32,440 bases of DNA from the IMG/VR virus record IMGVR_UViG_3300042294_003038, positions 1 to 32,440 of that record; one strand, 5' to 3'. The DNA comes from a virus (taxonomy: Duplodnaviria > Caudoviricetes). The first letter of the stretch is position 1, and every line of letters starts with the position of its first letter. Below the pieces are notes generated by a model. The model saw only the letters and a list, made by a program, of their open reading frames with translations, made no database searches and was not told the DNA's origin. A program made the translations under genes and the position numbers. Of the stretch, positions 1 through 7,995 are shown one piece after another.

Positions 1-55
1 GGGACGGGCTTTTATCCGCTTGCAAACGTTTAATATTTATTTTAGGTAAATTAAA

Positions 56-87
56 TTTGGTGCGGTTAATTGGTATGTATAGTTTTG
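56..87 (+). promoter_or_regulatory. Bacteroidota primary-sigma promoter (-33 TTTG / -7 TAnnTTTG)
   Basis: TTTG at 56-59, 20-nt spacer, TAGTTTTG at 80-87, 40 nt upstream of ATG 128. Matches the Bacteroides/Flavobacterium consensus. Confidence 0.65.
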
Positions 88-127
88 GGGGGTTGGTATT
101 AAAAAACACTAATTAAATTTTAACGTT

Positions 128-331
128 ATGACACTGCAACAACTTTTAAAACATTATTACGATAAGGCTGAAATTACGGGAGTATTAGACCAAACCTTGA
201 AGGCTGAAATTTTCAGGGAAGCATATAATGAAGGTATTTTTTTAAATGATACTTATCCTTTTACCGGAAATTACGCAAGCGAACCTGAAAGGGATACTAC
301 TGAATTAAACGAATTTTTAGCGGGCGAATAA
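128..331 (+). CDS. hypothetical phage protein, 67 aa
   Basis: ATG after an AT-rich leader; first gene of the + strand run. Confidence 0.75.
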   Translation: MTLQQLLKHYYDKAEITGVLDQTLKAEIFREAYNEGIFLNDTYPFTGNYASEPERDTTELNEFLAGE

Positions 332-463
332 TACCCCGTTAACGTTAACCGTTTACCCCGTACCCCTATAAAGGGACGGGGTTTAAGGGTGCAAAGAAGT
401 TTATTTTTAATCATTCACTAAAAACCGTCCTACCTGCAAAGGACTATAAACACAGGGCAAAAA

Positions 464-835
464 ATGAACAAGCTAAAAATTACAGCGGTTAATTCACCTC
501 AATTTGTGAAGCACGTTACTTTATTAGGCCAATTATCAGGCGACAAATTAGCCGGACCTTATCGCTTCGACCTTTACAGTAAGTTGAAAAGGCTTGAAAA
601 TCAGGCTAACAAAATTTGTGTAATGGACTGCAACGGCGAAATTAACGAAGATGCAGCCGACAAAAAATTAGACGCTATAAAAGCGAAAGTTTGCGCCCTA
701 TTGCCTGAACTGAAAACCGTATTTATTAACGGTGACCCGCGCGGGTACTCCCTGAAAATCAAAGAAAGTGAAGCTAAAGAAATTGGCATTTACCAGGATT
801 GGGGCGGTTATGGCATTTTAGCCCCTGAATTTTAA
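464..835 (+). CDS. hypothetical phage early protein, 123 aa
   Basis: Clean ORF. Contains FINGDPRGYSLKI and DWGGYGILAP, which resemble an uncharacterised phage family (from memory). Confidence 0.85.
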   Translation: MNKLKITAVNSPQFVKHVTLLGQLSGDKLAGPYRFDLYSKLKRLENQANKICVMDCNGEINEDAADKKLDAIKAKVCALLPELKTVFINGDPRGYSLKIKESEAKEIGIYQDWGGYGILAPEF

Positions 836-916
836 ACCACAATAAACCAAAAGTATTAACGTTAATAACGGGGGCGGCTAAAATTAACCGTCCCCACAAA
901 ACAAAAATTTAAAACT

Positions 917-1285
917 ATGAATACCAATGTAATTGTAAAAATTGCCCACGATAACGGAACGGCAAATATCAAAGTTTGGGCGCAAAGTATTGAGGCAGCT
1001 ATTGAAGCCGTTTGCAGCAATGAAAAAGCCCCTAAACGGGCGGTAATTTCGGCAAAGGTTGCACCCCTTACCATTTACGATATTAAGCGGGCGGTTGAGG
1101 AAAAAAGCAGTTTCTTTTTTAGCCGCCAATCAATGAAATTTTTCGGGCAAAAAATGGCTGATTTTTCAGTAAGGCGGCACGGGGTTGACAAATTTTATAT
1201 CTGTGCTAAATGGGGTAAAGGTATTGCAGGCAAAACAGAACGTATTTTCAACCCCTTTACGGGCGAATTGGAAAGGGTAAATTAA
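917..1285 (+). CDS. hypothetical phage protein, 122 aa
   Basis: ORF with A-rich leader (aaaactATG); FFFSRQSMKFFGQ segment. Confidence 0.85.
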   Translation: MNTNVIVKIAHDNGTANIKVWAQSIEAAIEAVCSNEKAPKRAVISAKVAPLTIYDIKRAVEEKSSFFFSRQSMKFFGQKMADFSVRRHGVDKFYICAKWGKGIAGKTERIFNPFTGELERVN

Positions 1286-1337
1286 CGGTATTACAATTGT
1301 ATTACAAACCTATTTTTAACACATAAATTTATCAGTT

Positions 1338-1454
1338 ATGACAATTTACATTTTTGCTTTTTCGTTATTCATTGCAGCGGGTTACATTGTTAGCCGATTT
1401 TTAGCCCACAAGGGTGTAAGACGGGGTTATACCTGCAATGTTAAGGGGGAATAA
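1338..1454 (+). CDS. small putative membrane protein, 38 aa (not in ORF track)
   Basis: Hand translation MTIYIFAFSLFIAAGYIVSRFLAHKGVRRGYTCNVKGE; typical leader tttaacacataaatttatcagttATG. Confidence 0.55.
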   Translation: MTIYIFAFSLFIAAGYIVSRFLAHKGVRRGYTCNVKGE

Positions 1455-1558
1455 ATTACCCCTTTGCGCTCCCTACCTTTGCCCCCTATTTGCCGAAAGG
1501 CGAAAGGGGGTTAAGGGGTGCAAAAAGTATTCATTTTTTAACGCTAAATTTTATAGCT

Positions 1559-2233
1559 ATGAAAACAAAAGTTTTAAAGTATGCCGACGATGGTAACACA
1601 TTGGTAATGCCTTACAAAGAATTAACCCAAATTGAAGGGGCGGCAGGGGTTTATTATTATCCCGAACAAGATAAATATAACGGCGAATATTGGCACGTTG
1701 TATTCGATATAAACGGGGTATTTGTGGAAGAAGGCAGTTACCGTAAAAATACGGTAATTGAGGCCGAATTATCAATATTAGTGAACGCAAAAAACGGTTT
1801 TTTGAACCGCTGGGAAAATTTTTGGGTGCAAAGTTTATACATTAAACTTTATGAACTTTTAGGGCTTGATACTTCGCCATTATGGGAAAGGCGGCGGCAA
1901 TTAGAATCCGAAAGGGACGCAAAAAAGCAAGCCGAAGCCGAAGCAAAAGCAGCAGCAGCAAGGGCGGCGGACGCTAAAGAATCAGAAAGATTAGCAGCTT
2001 TATTAACCGAATACAAGGCGGGCAAAATGGTACAGGTTTACGATTTTATTAACTTACTGCAATTTGCGAAAATTGAACTGCACCCACGTACAACGGGTAT
2101 GTTGAACAAACTGAATAACAGCAGCGAAATAAGCCCGACAAGGGCAAGGTTAGGCAAGGCGGGGGTTAAGACTGTACCACGTGCAACCTTTGACGCTGTT
2201 TTTGAAGTAGCCGCAAAATTAGCAGCAGCATAA
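1559..2233 (+). CDS. hypothetical protein, 224 aa, central Ala/Glu/Lys coiled coil
   Basis: Start moved from TTG 1490, which lies inside a hairpin, to ATG 1559 (MKTKVLKY) with an AT-rich leader. Confidence 0.85.
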   Translation: MKTKVLKYADDGNTLVMPYKELTQIEGAAGVYYYPEQDKYNGEYWHVVFDINGVFVEEGSYRKNTVIEAELSILVNAKNGFLNRWENFWVQSLYIKLYELLGLDTSPLWERRRQLESERDAKKQAEAEAKAAAARAADAKESERLAALLTEYKAGKMVQVYDFINLLQFAKIELHPRTTGMLNKLNNSSEISPTRARLGKAGVKTVPRATFDAVFEVAAKLAAA

Positions 2234-2264
2234 TAACCGAATTTAATTAGCGTTAAATAAAAAC

Positions 2265-2298
2265 GGGGGCGGGGTTTTTACCCTTACCCCCTACTTTT
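2265..2298 (+). terminator. putative intrinsic terminator/stem-loop
   Basis: GGGGG-cg-GGGT-tttt-ACCC-tta-CCCCC followed by tacttttt, just after stop 2233. Confidence 0.45.
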
Positions 2299-2328
2299 TA
2301 CGCTTTAACATATAAAAATATTAATATC

Positions 2329-2475
2329 ATGATACAGGTAACAAAATTTTTTAAGACGATAAAGCAGGCTGAAAAATATCAAAATTCGCTTTATTCAAAA
2401 TATCCTTATGTACAGTTAGTTTCTTTCCCACGTTTCAGCGAAGAAGGGCAGTATATATGGGAAATTGGAATGTAG
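2329..2475 (+). CDS. hypothetical protein, 48 aa (not in ORF track)
   Basis: Hand translation MIQVTKFFKTIKQAEKYQNSLYSKYPYVQLVSFPRFSEEGQYIWEIGM; leader aaaaatattaatatcATG nearly identical to that of 2896. Confidence 0.75.
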   Translation: MIQVTKFFKTIKQAEKYQNSLYSKYPYVQLVSFPRFSEEGQYIWEIGM

Positions 2476-2559
2476 CCTATTAATAGCCGTTAGGGTATCC
2501 TTTAGCCCCTTTTGTCGGGGGGCGGCTGCAATGCACATAAAAATAAGTGCAGGTACACA

Positions 2560-2832
2560 ATGAAAACTACTATTGAAATTACGGGGCAAATTAGCGGCAA
2601 CCACCGGCTACTCAATGCACTCAACACTTATCAGGCAGAATACAGGAAACTGCCATTTTACGGCCACGTCCTTACCTTTCCTACTCGAAAGGCGGCAAGG
2701 AAAGCATTATGGGACGGCTACCAATACCTTCGGGCGGCTGAACCCGAATTTGCCAAAGGGGGTATGCGCTACTCCGCCAAAACGTCCCTTTCGTATGATG
2801 CAAGCAGGGCAGTTATCCAATACGAAAATTAA
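2560..2832 (+). CDS. hypothetical protein, 90 aa
   Basis: Start moved to ATG 2560 (MKTTIEITGQ). Confidence 0.8.
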   Translation: MKTTIEITGQISGNHRLLNALNTYQAEYRKLPFYGHVLTFPTRKAARKALWDGYQYLRAAEPEFAKGGMRYSAKTSLSYDASRAVIQYEN

Positions 2833-2895
2833 TATTTGGGGGCAATACAATAAACCCTAAACCCCCTTCGTTTAACAAATAAAAATATCAATATC

Positions 2896-3081
2896 ATGTT
2901 AGATTTAATGATTGACTTACACGAAGCCCCAATAAAAAGCCGAAAAGTACGGGCGGGCGTAACCGCCTACCAATACCGTAACGGAACAATAAACATAGCG
3001 GGGCAAAAGTATTGCCTTTACTCAATGAGCGAAGCCATAAAAAGATTTAGGGCAAAGTACCCTGCAAACCGTAAAAATTAA
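2896..3081 (+). CDS. hypothetical protein, 61 aa
   Basis: ORF with A-rich leader. Confidence 0.75.
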   Translation: MLDLMIDLHEAPIKSRKVRAGVTAYQYRNGTINIAGQKYCLYSMSEAIKRFRAKYPANRKN

Positions 3082-3085
3082 CGCC

Positions 3086-3307
3086 ATGACTTATCAGGAA
3101 ACAAAGCGGGAGAATACCCGCAACGCAGCCAATGCCCTTTTAAAGCTATTGCAGCACCTTTCTAAAAGCCACGGCCACCACTTTTACCCCTATGAACAAC
3201 AAGCCGTGGAAATGCTGATAAGCGGGGCAACCTGCAATGAAACTACCGACCTATTAAGCGAAGATTTTTTTAACTCTATTGTTAATCCTATAATTTACCA
3301 CAAATGA
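3086..3307 (+). CDS. hypothetical protein, 73 aa
   Basis: Tightly packed; ATGA overlap with the next gene. Confidence 0.75.
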   Translation: MTYQETKRENTRNAANALLKLLQHLSKSHGHHFYPYEQQAVEMLISGATCNETTDLLSEDFFNSIVNPIIYHK

Positions 3308-3519
3308 AAAAGAAAGTAAACCTTGCCGCAATCCATGAAACAAAAGTGTTTTATGGCTACATATACCCCGTATATGCAAAAGAATTTCTGTTTATGAATA
3401 ATTACCAACAATTTGCCGAAATGGTGCAATTGTCTTTTATCCTTACTCCATCACAATGGGAAGTTGTTTTGAACGAATGGGAATTTAAAGAAAGAATCTT
3501 ATCCTCCCCTATTGTTTAA
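3304..3519 (+). CDS. hypothetical protein, 71 aa
   Basis: ATGA-coupled to the previous gene. Confidence 0.7.
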   Translation: MKKKVNLAAIHETKVFYGYIYPVYAKEFLFMNNYQQFAEMVQLSFILTPSQWEVVLNEWEFKERILSSPIV

Positions 3520-3538
3520 CCTAATCAATCAGCCGAAA

Positions 3539-3751
3539 ATGACAAAATCGGAAATAAAAGAAAGCCTAAAAAAAGGCTTTGTAATACGGAATAACGGGTA
3601 CTATGACAGGGGCAAGCCCGTTAATAAGTTTGAACTTTGCGCCCCTGAAAAAGAAATAGGCACTCCCCTGAATACCGCTTCTGTTATCGGATTATTGGGT
3701 ATTGGGTTTATAAAGTGCATTAACAGCGTATTTATTTACAATCAAAAATAA
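3539..3751 (+). CDS. hypothetical protein, 70 aa
   Basis: Start moved to ATG 3539 (MTKSEIKE). Confidence 0.7.
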   Translation: MTKSEIKESLKKGFVIRNNGYYDRGKPVNKFELCAPEKEIGTPLNTASVIGLLGIGFIKCINSVFIYNQK

Positions 3752-3756
3752 AAGCA

Positions 3757-3981
3757 ATGACAAAGGAACTAACAACAATCGAAGCCGCCCTTCGGGGGCA
3801 TAACATCATCCTGACGGCCACGGATGCCGAAGGTGAAGAAACACGGGTTACCGTTCCCTGTGAGGACATTCACGAACTGTACAATCAAAGCTGCCCGAAG
3901 TGGATGGAAGAAAACGGGGACAGGGAAAGTAGCTTGTGGGAATTGTTTCACTCCGTAAATGGCATAGCACTTGCCGACTAA
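3757..3981 (+). CDS. hypothetical acidic protein, 74 aa
   Basis: Starts 5 nt after the previous stop. Confidence 0.75.
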   Translation: MTKELTTIEAALRGHNIILTATDAEGEETRVTVPCEDIHELYNQSCPKWMEENGDRESSLWELFHSVNGIALAD

Positions 3982-4008
3982 TTTTAAACCAATCAAAAAT
4001 AAATACAC

Positions 4009-4218
4009 ATGAAAAAGTACTTAGGACAATCGCTTATGGCTGCAATGCTTTTAGCTTCAATGACAGAAAAGGATAATACAGGTTGGATTCCTGACGATAG
4101 CCTTATTCAAAGCAAGCGTAGCTCTACACGCTTCACAAGCACATTGAACGGCAAGCAAAAGGCAAAACGCAAGCGCAAGAACAAAGCGCAGAAAACCGCC
4201 CGCAAGCGTAACCGCTGA
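4009..4218 (+). CDS. hypothetical protein with very basic C-terminus, 69 aa
   Basis: Ends KQKAKRKRKNKAQKTARKRNR. Confidence 0.75.
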   Translation: MKKYLGQSLMAAMLLASMTEKDNTGWIPDDSLIQSKRSSTRFTSTLNGKQKAKRKRKNKAQKTARKRNR

Positions 4219-4283
4219 TTAACCTATCCTTAACACAATAATATTTCAGTAATTTCGTTTTAACAAACATAAATATAAACGCT

Positions 4284-4442
4284 ATGACTACAATCACAAT
4301 AACAGTATCTCAATCACTTTCAGTTTTGAAAGAACAATACCGAAAACATTTTGGATTGCCTAAAAAAGAAAAAGTGACTAAAAAGGATATTTCAATTTGG
4401 TTGGGCAGTTTGGTTGAATCAGATGTTGATAGCGTATTTTAA
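4284..4442 (+). CDS. hypothetical protein, 52 aa (not in ORF track)
   Basis: Hand translation MTTITITVSQSLSVLKEQYRKHFGLPKKEKVTKKDISIWLGSLVESDVDSVF. Confidence 0.7.
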   Translation: MTTITITVSQSLSVLKEQYRKHFGLPKKEKVTKKDISIWLGSLVESDVDSVF

Positions 4443-4484
4443 TCATTAGGCCACCCCGTAAGGTGGCGCAAAACATAAAAAAAA

Positions 4485-4622
4485 ATGAAATTCACAAAAG
4501 AAGAAATTGAAGATATGTATAATTACATACAATATTCAGATGGAAAGTTATTAAACGAACTTATCCCATACACATTTGAAGAATGGAAAGAAATGGTAAA
4601 ACCATACGATAATCTTGATTGA
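4485..4622 (+). CDS. hypothetical protein, 45 aa (not in ORF track)
   Basis: Hand translation MKFTKEEIEDMYNYIQYSDGKLLNELIPYTFEEWKEMVKPYDNLD; fills the gap between two repeats. Confidence 0.7.
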   Translation: MKFTKEEIEDMYNYIQYSDGKLLNELIPYTFEEWKEMVKPYDNLD

Positions 4623-4659
4623 TTAACAAGCCGCTTAGGTGGCGCAAAACACAAACAAA

Positions 4660-4899
4660 ATGAAATCAACACAAGGAAGCAGCGGTATGTATGCCGACCA
4701 CGACAATGTAATTGAAGCCCCTAAAAAATATGTTCTTCGCATTGCTAATAGCAGGGGTAAAAAACCTTTGCTAAGGGACATTAAAAAGGCAAGAGATATT
4801 TTGCAAAACGTCCTTATTGAACTTAATAGCTGTGCAGGAAGGACGGCTATAAGCGACTATTCCGATGTGCTTTGGGATATTTTAGAAGATAACAAATAA
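4660..4899 (+). CDS. hypothetical protein, 79 aa
   Basis: Start moved to ATG 4660; the GTG start at 4639 lies inside the repeat. Confidence 0.75.
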   Translation: MKSTQGSSGMYADHDNVIEAPKKYVLRIANSRGKKPLLRDIKKARDILQNVLIELNSCAGRTAISDYSDVLWDILEDNK

Positions 4900-4943
4900 C
4901 CAACTTCAAACAAGCCGCTTAGGTGGCGCAAATACACTACAAA

Positions 4944-5183
4944 ATGACAAGCGAAAAATTAAAACAAGCAACCGAATTACAAAGCAAGATTAGCGAATTA
5001 GAAAGTATTGTTGCAAGTGCAAAAAGCCAACAATGCACACGGATTGAATTTACTTTTGGCAACGGGTCGAACAGTGAAAACGTATGCAACGATACTAAAA
5101 TAATCGAAAAGATTAGGGAAATTTTAATCCATGAAAACGAAGCCCTGCTATCTGTGCTTAAATCAAGATTTGCCGAATTATAA
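4944..5183 (+). CDS. hypothetical protein, 79 aa
   Basis: Start moved to ATG 4944; the GTG start at 4923 lies inside the repeat. Confidence 0.8.
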   Translation: MTSEKLKQATELQSKISELESIVASAKSQQCTRIEFTFGNGSNSENVCNDTKIIEKIREILIHENEALLSVLKSRFAEL

Positions 5184-5215
5184 TCACCGCAGCGATGCAC
5201 TAAATACACTACAAA

Positions 5216-5407
5216 ATGAAAGAGTTACAAAAAGACCAATTTATATTTTCAATCCGTAAAGATGGGCAATTATTGGGTTACGTTGAATCTAAAGACGGGA
5301 AACTTGTTACGGAAGGGATTATAGGCGAAAATACCTATGATTCATTGGTGGATTTTATCAGGGGGCTGCAAGGGTTTGGAATAGCTATTGATAATTTTTA
5401 CACTTAG
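5216..5407 (+). CDS. hypothetical protein, 63 aa
   Basis: ATG at the end of the repeated leader. Confidence 0.8.
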   Translation: MKELQKDQFIFSIRKDGQLLGYVESKDGKLVTEGIIGENTYDSLVDFIRGLQGFGIAIDNFYT

Positions 5408-5465
5408 CCCCCGCAATAACCCCTTATATAGCACGTTATCTTAAAATAACCTAAAAAATACAACT

Positions 5466-5756
5466 ATGACACAGGAAGAACTTCAAGTGCAATCTGAATT
5501 TTATTTTAGCGATAAATATAATCTTACATACTACTCCTTATGTGAAGATTTGGTAAGGTATTGCCAATGGCAAAAAGATTTTAATGACCATAAAATAAAG
5601 CCTCACAAAATTATAGGGCGGGGGCATAAGCCACAATATGCCCGCAAAATAGCGGCAGGATGGCTTCAAGATAGGATTGACCTAACAAAATACATGATTA
5701 TAAATTTCGATAAAAACGTATTAACATCATCTCAATTGGCCGAAAAAGCCGCTTAA
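5466..5756 (+). CDS. hypothetical protein, 96 aa
   Basis: Leader aaaaatacaactATG. Confidence 0.8.
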   Translation: MTQEELQVQSEFYFSDKYNLTYYSLCEDLVRYCQWQKDFNDHKIKPHKIIGRGHKPQYARKIAAGWLQDRIDLTKYMIINFDKNVLTSSQLAEKAA

Positions 5757-5766
5757 AAATACAGCT

Positions 5767-6027
5767 ATGACTATTCAGCAACTTGCCGACAAAATTGAAT
5801 CGGCCACAGACTGTAACGACCACACGGGCGCAGTATGCCTATTGGCGGATTTTATCGGGGGGAATTACCCGAAAATTGCGGGGGCAATCCGCACTATACA
5901 CGATGCCGTTGGAAGTATGCCCATTGAATTGGGCAAATACCGACACGAATTAAGGAACGAAATGCTTTTCGCCCTTTCTGAAAAGATACCCGCAGAAGAT
6001 TATTTTAAAATCAAATCATCCTTTTAA
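5767..6027 (+). CDS. hypothetical protein, 86 aa
   Basis: Leader aaaaatacagctATG. Confidence 0.8.
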   Translation: MTIQQLADKIESATDCNDHTGAVCLLADFIGGNYPKIAGAIRTIHDAVGSMPIELGKYRHELRNEMLFALSEKIPAEDYFKIKSSF

Positions 6028-6036
6028 TTTCCTGCC

Positions 6037-6297
6037 ATGAAAGTAAAAAAGAAGTTTGAATACAACGGGGTAACCCTTCAAATTGTGGAGCGTCCTGAAC
6101 AGTACATGAACGCTACCGAGCCGCTAATGATGACACGGGTAATTGCACCCAATGGTGGCAGCGTACCCGTAAGCATAGGCCACAAGGATACCCTTAAAGT
6201 TATCATAGCGGAAACCATTGCAGCCCTTGATGGGTTTGCAGCAAGGGGCGCAAACGTAATTGAAACATTAACTAATCCACTAAAATTACAGCCATGA
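6037..6297 (+). CDS. hypothetical protein, 86 aa
   Basis: Packed ORF; ATGA overlap with the next gene. Confidence 0.8.
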   Translation: MKVKKKFEYNGVTLQIVERPEQYMNATEPLMMTRVIAPNGGSVPVSIGHKDTLKVIIAETIAALDGFAARGANVIETLTNPLKLQP

Positions 6298-6527
6298 CAA
6301 GCGAACAATTTGGAAAACTAAGGAACGGGCAAACGCTGCATCTATTCGACACGGATAGGAAAGAGTTTGTAGCACTTCAAATAAATAAGGCGGAATCTTC
6401 GTTTATTTGTTGGAAGCGGTTAATAAGCAAAGACCGCAGAAATTGGGTTACACAAAACTTGTATTTATCATTAAGGGATTGCCGAACCGTATTGAATGAC
6501 ATTAAGGCAAGACGTAAAGCAAACTAA
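6294..6527 (+). CDS. hypothetical protein, 77 aa
   Basis: ATGA-coupled to the previous gene. Confidence 0.7.
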   Translation: MTSEQFGKLRNGQTLHLFDTDRKEFVALQINKAESSFICWKRLISKDRRNWVTQNLYLSLRDCRTVLNDIKARRKAN

Positions 6528-6532
6528 ATTAT

Positions 6533-6610
6533 ATGGAATTTTGGGTAGGAATACTTTTATTTATCATGTGGCTTGGGCAGTTGCCCGACCCACCTAAAAA
6601 GCGCAGGTAA
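6533..6610 (+). CDS. small membrane peptide, 25 aa (not in ORF track)
   Basis: MEFWVGILLFIMWLGQLPDPPKKRR; fills the gap; TAATG overlap with 6610. Confidence 0.5.
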   Translation: MEFWVGILLFIMWLGQLPDPPKKRR

Positions 6611-6927
6611 TGACAAACAACGAACTTTTTGCAACACATTTAAAGTGGGATTTTGAACCGCCTTTTTCGGGCGGAAATTCTACAAGATTTCAAAAGTGGC
6701 TTTGCCCGTTTAATAGCTATTGGGTTACCGAAAGGGATATGAAATTCAACCTTGATTGGAATTGGTTTCACGAACTATGGGATTCATTAGCCCCGCTAAT
6801 TAATAGCGAATCGCTGAATTTAAAATCCCAAGTTTTAATTGCCAAAGCAAAATTTGCCATTTTAGATTCTAAATTATTGGATGCTTGCCAATTAGTAGCG
6901 GAACTTATCGAAGAAAATACCTTTTAA
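6610..6927 (+). CDS. hypothetical protein, 105 aa
   Basis: MTNNELFA... with a KFNLDWNW motif. Confidence 0.8.
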   Translation: MTNNELFATHLKWDFEPPFSGGNSTRFQKWLCPFNSYWVTERDMKFNLDWNWFHELWDSLAPLINSESLNLKSQVLIAKAKFAILDSKLLDACQLVAELIEENTF

Positions 6928-6937
6928 TTTATACCAC

Positions 6938-7186
6938 ATGAGAAGAACAAAACAACGAGTACCGTCGGAAGTCCTCACCAAATGGAACGATTTTTTCCGC
7001 AAGGGGGACGGCCAACTAATGTCAGCCGAAATCGGATGCAGCCCGCAGTTAATCGCAATAGCGATGAAGCAGGGGTTTGCCACTCCCGAATTAATGGTAA
7101 AGATTTCGGAGTTCTATGCAAAGCGGGTTGCCGAAGGGGAAACGCCAAATGAACTTATTGAGAAAGCAAAAACACTCTTACAATGA
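6938..7186 (+). CDS. putative helix-turn-helix (Cro-like) DNA-binding protein, 82 aa
   Basis: GDGQLMSAEIGCSPQLIAIAMKQG fits HTH spacing (helix-G-x-S-recognition helix); function is inferred. Confidence 0.55.
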   Translation: MRRTKQRVPSEVLTKWNDFFRKGDGQLMSAEIGCSPQLIAIAMKQGFATPELMVKISEFYAKRVAEGETPNELIEKAKTLLQ

Positions 7187-7560
7187 AATTTTCAGACTTT
7201 AAAGACAACCCACAAGATTTAGTAGGCAAGACCGTTTTATACCGTTCAGGCCAATCCTATTCCGAAAGGTCAATTAGCTTGTCGTTACGGAAGATAGAAA
7301 GAGTTACAAAGACGGGTTTTGCGATAACGCACCCTGCAACGGTTCTTTTTAGCCTTATAGACGGCCACCAAAAGGGACTTAACGGAAGGATGGATATGGG
7401 TACTATATCCCAATGCGAATTACTAACGGACGATGAAGCGAATGAGTATAGGCGTAAATGGAAGCGGCAAAAAGAAGAAAAAATGCTTCGTGAAGAAATG
7501 CTTGCAAAGTTTAATACACTTACATACGACCAACTTTTAAAATTCAAGGAGTTAATATGA
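7183..7560 (+). CDS. hypothetical protein, 125 aa, possible SH3-like beta-barrel N-terminus
   Basis: LVGKTVLY...KIERVTKTGF pattern; ATGA overlaps at both ends. Confidence 0.75.
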   Translation: MKFSDFKDNPQDLVGKTVLYRSGQSYSERSISLSLRKIERVTKTGFAITHPATVLFSLIDGHQKGLNGRMDMGTISQCELLTDDEANEYRRKWKRQKEEKMLREEMLAKFNTLTYDQLLKFKELI

Positions 7561-7838
7561 GATACATAGCCGCAGCCGCCCTGCACCAAAAAGCGTTACA
7601 GATATTATCGGTAATAGAAGATGCCGAAAACCGTATGAAAGGCATGAAGGATGGCATTGCTTTTTTCGGGCTTGTTACAGCAAATTGGCAGGAAGAACTA
7701 AGCATATTCCCTTGCGGGAAGCCGTCAGCCGCAGAACAAGAACGGGCAAAGCAAAATTTGGAAACAACCAAGGCAGCCCACGCCCGCCTATGCAAATACT
7801 ATCAAAACATTCTTTCACGTTTAATAGATATAACATGA
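7557..7838 (+). CDS. hypothetical helical protein, 93 aa
   Basis: ATGA-coupled at both ends. Confidence 0.75.
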   Translation: MRYIAAAALHQKALQILSVIEDAENRMKGMKDGIAFFGLVTANWQEELSIFPCGKPSAAEQERAKQNLETTKAAHARLCKYYQNILSRLIDIT

Positions 7839-7993
7839 AGAAAATAATCCACCGCCTATTATGGGGCAAGATAAAGGGCGAGCCGCTGCCGCCTATTAGT
7901 ATAAAAATCGGCCAAAAACCAGAAAAGCAACCTAATTTTAACGATTGGGCAACGCATATCGGGCGACAACTTGAACAAGCAAAAAGAAGGTAA
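7835..7993 (+). CDS. hypothetical protein, 52 aa
   Basis: Start moved from 7685 to ATG 7835 (MKKIIHRLLWG), giving an ATGA overlap. Confidence 0.65.
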   Translation: MKKIIHRLLWGKIKGEPLPPISIKIGQKPEKQPNFNDWATHIGRQLEQAKRR

Positions 7994-7995
7994 TC

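Larger units (their letters stand above)
4450..5219 (+). repeat. four related intergenic hairpin/leader repeats (4450-4475, 4625-4651, 4909-4947, 5202-5219)
   Basis: AACAAGCCGCTTAGGTGGCGCAAA identical at 4625-4648 and 4909-4932. AGGTGGCGCAAAACA at 4461-4475 and 4637-4651. AAATACACTACAAAATGA at 4930-4947 and 5202-5219. Confidence 0.9.

Noticed and set aside
1474-1481. TACCTTTG as a promoter -7 box
   Set aside because: No TTTG at the proper -33 spacing and it lies within a stem-loop element, so support is insufficient.
4450-5219. CRISPR array
   Set aside because: Repeats are separated by whole ORFs of about 140-240 nt rather than 30-40-nt spacers, and no cas genes are present.
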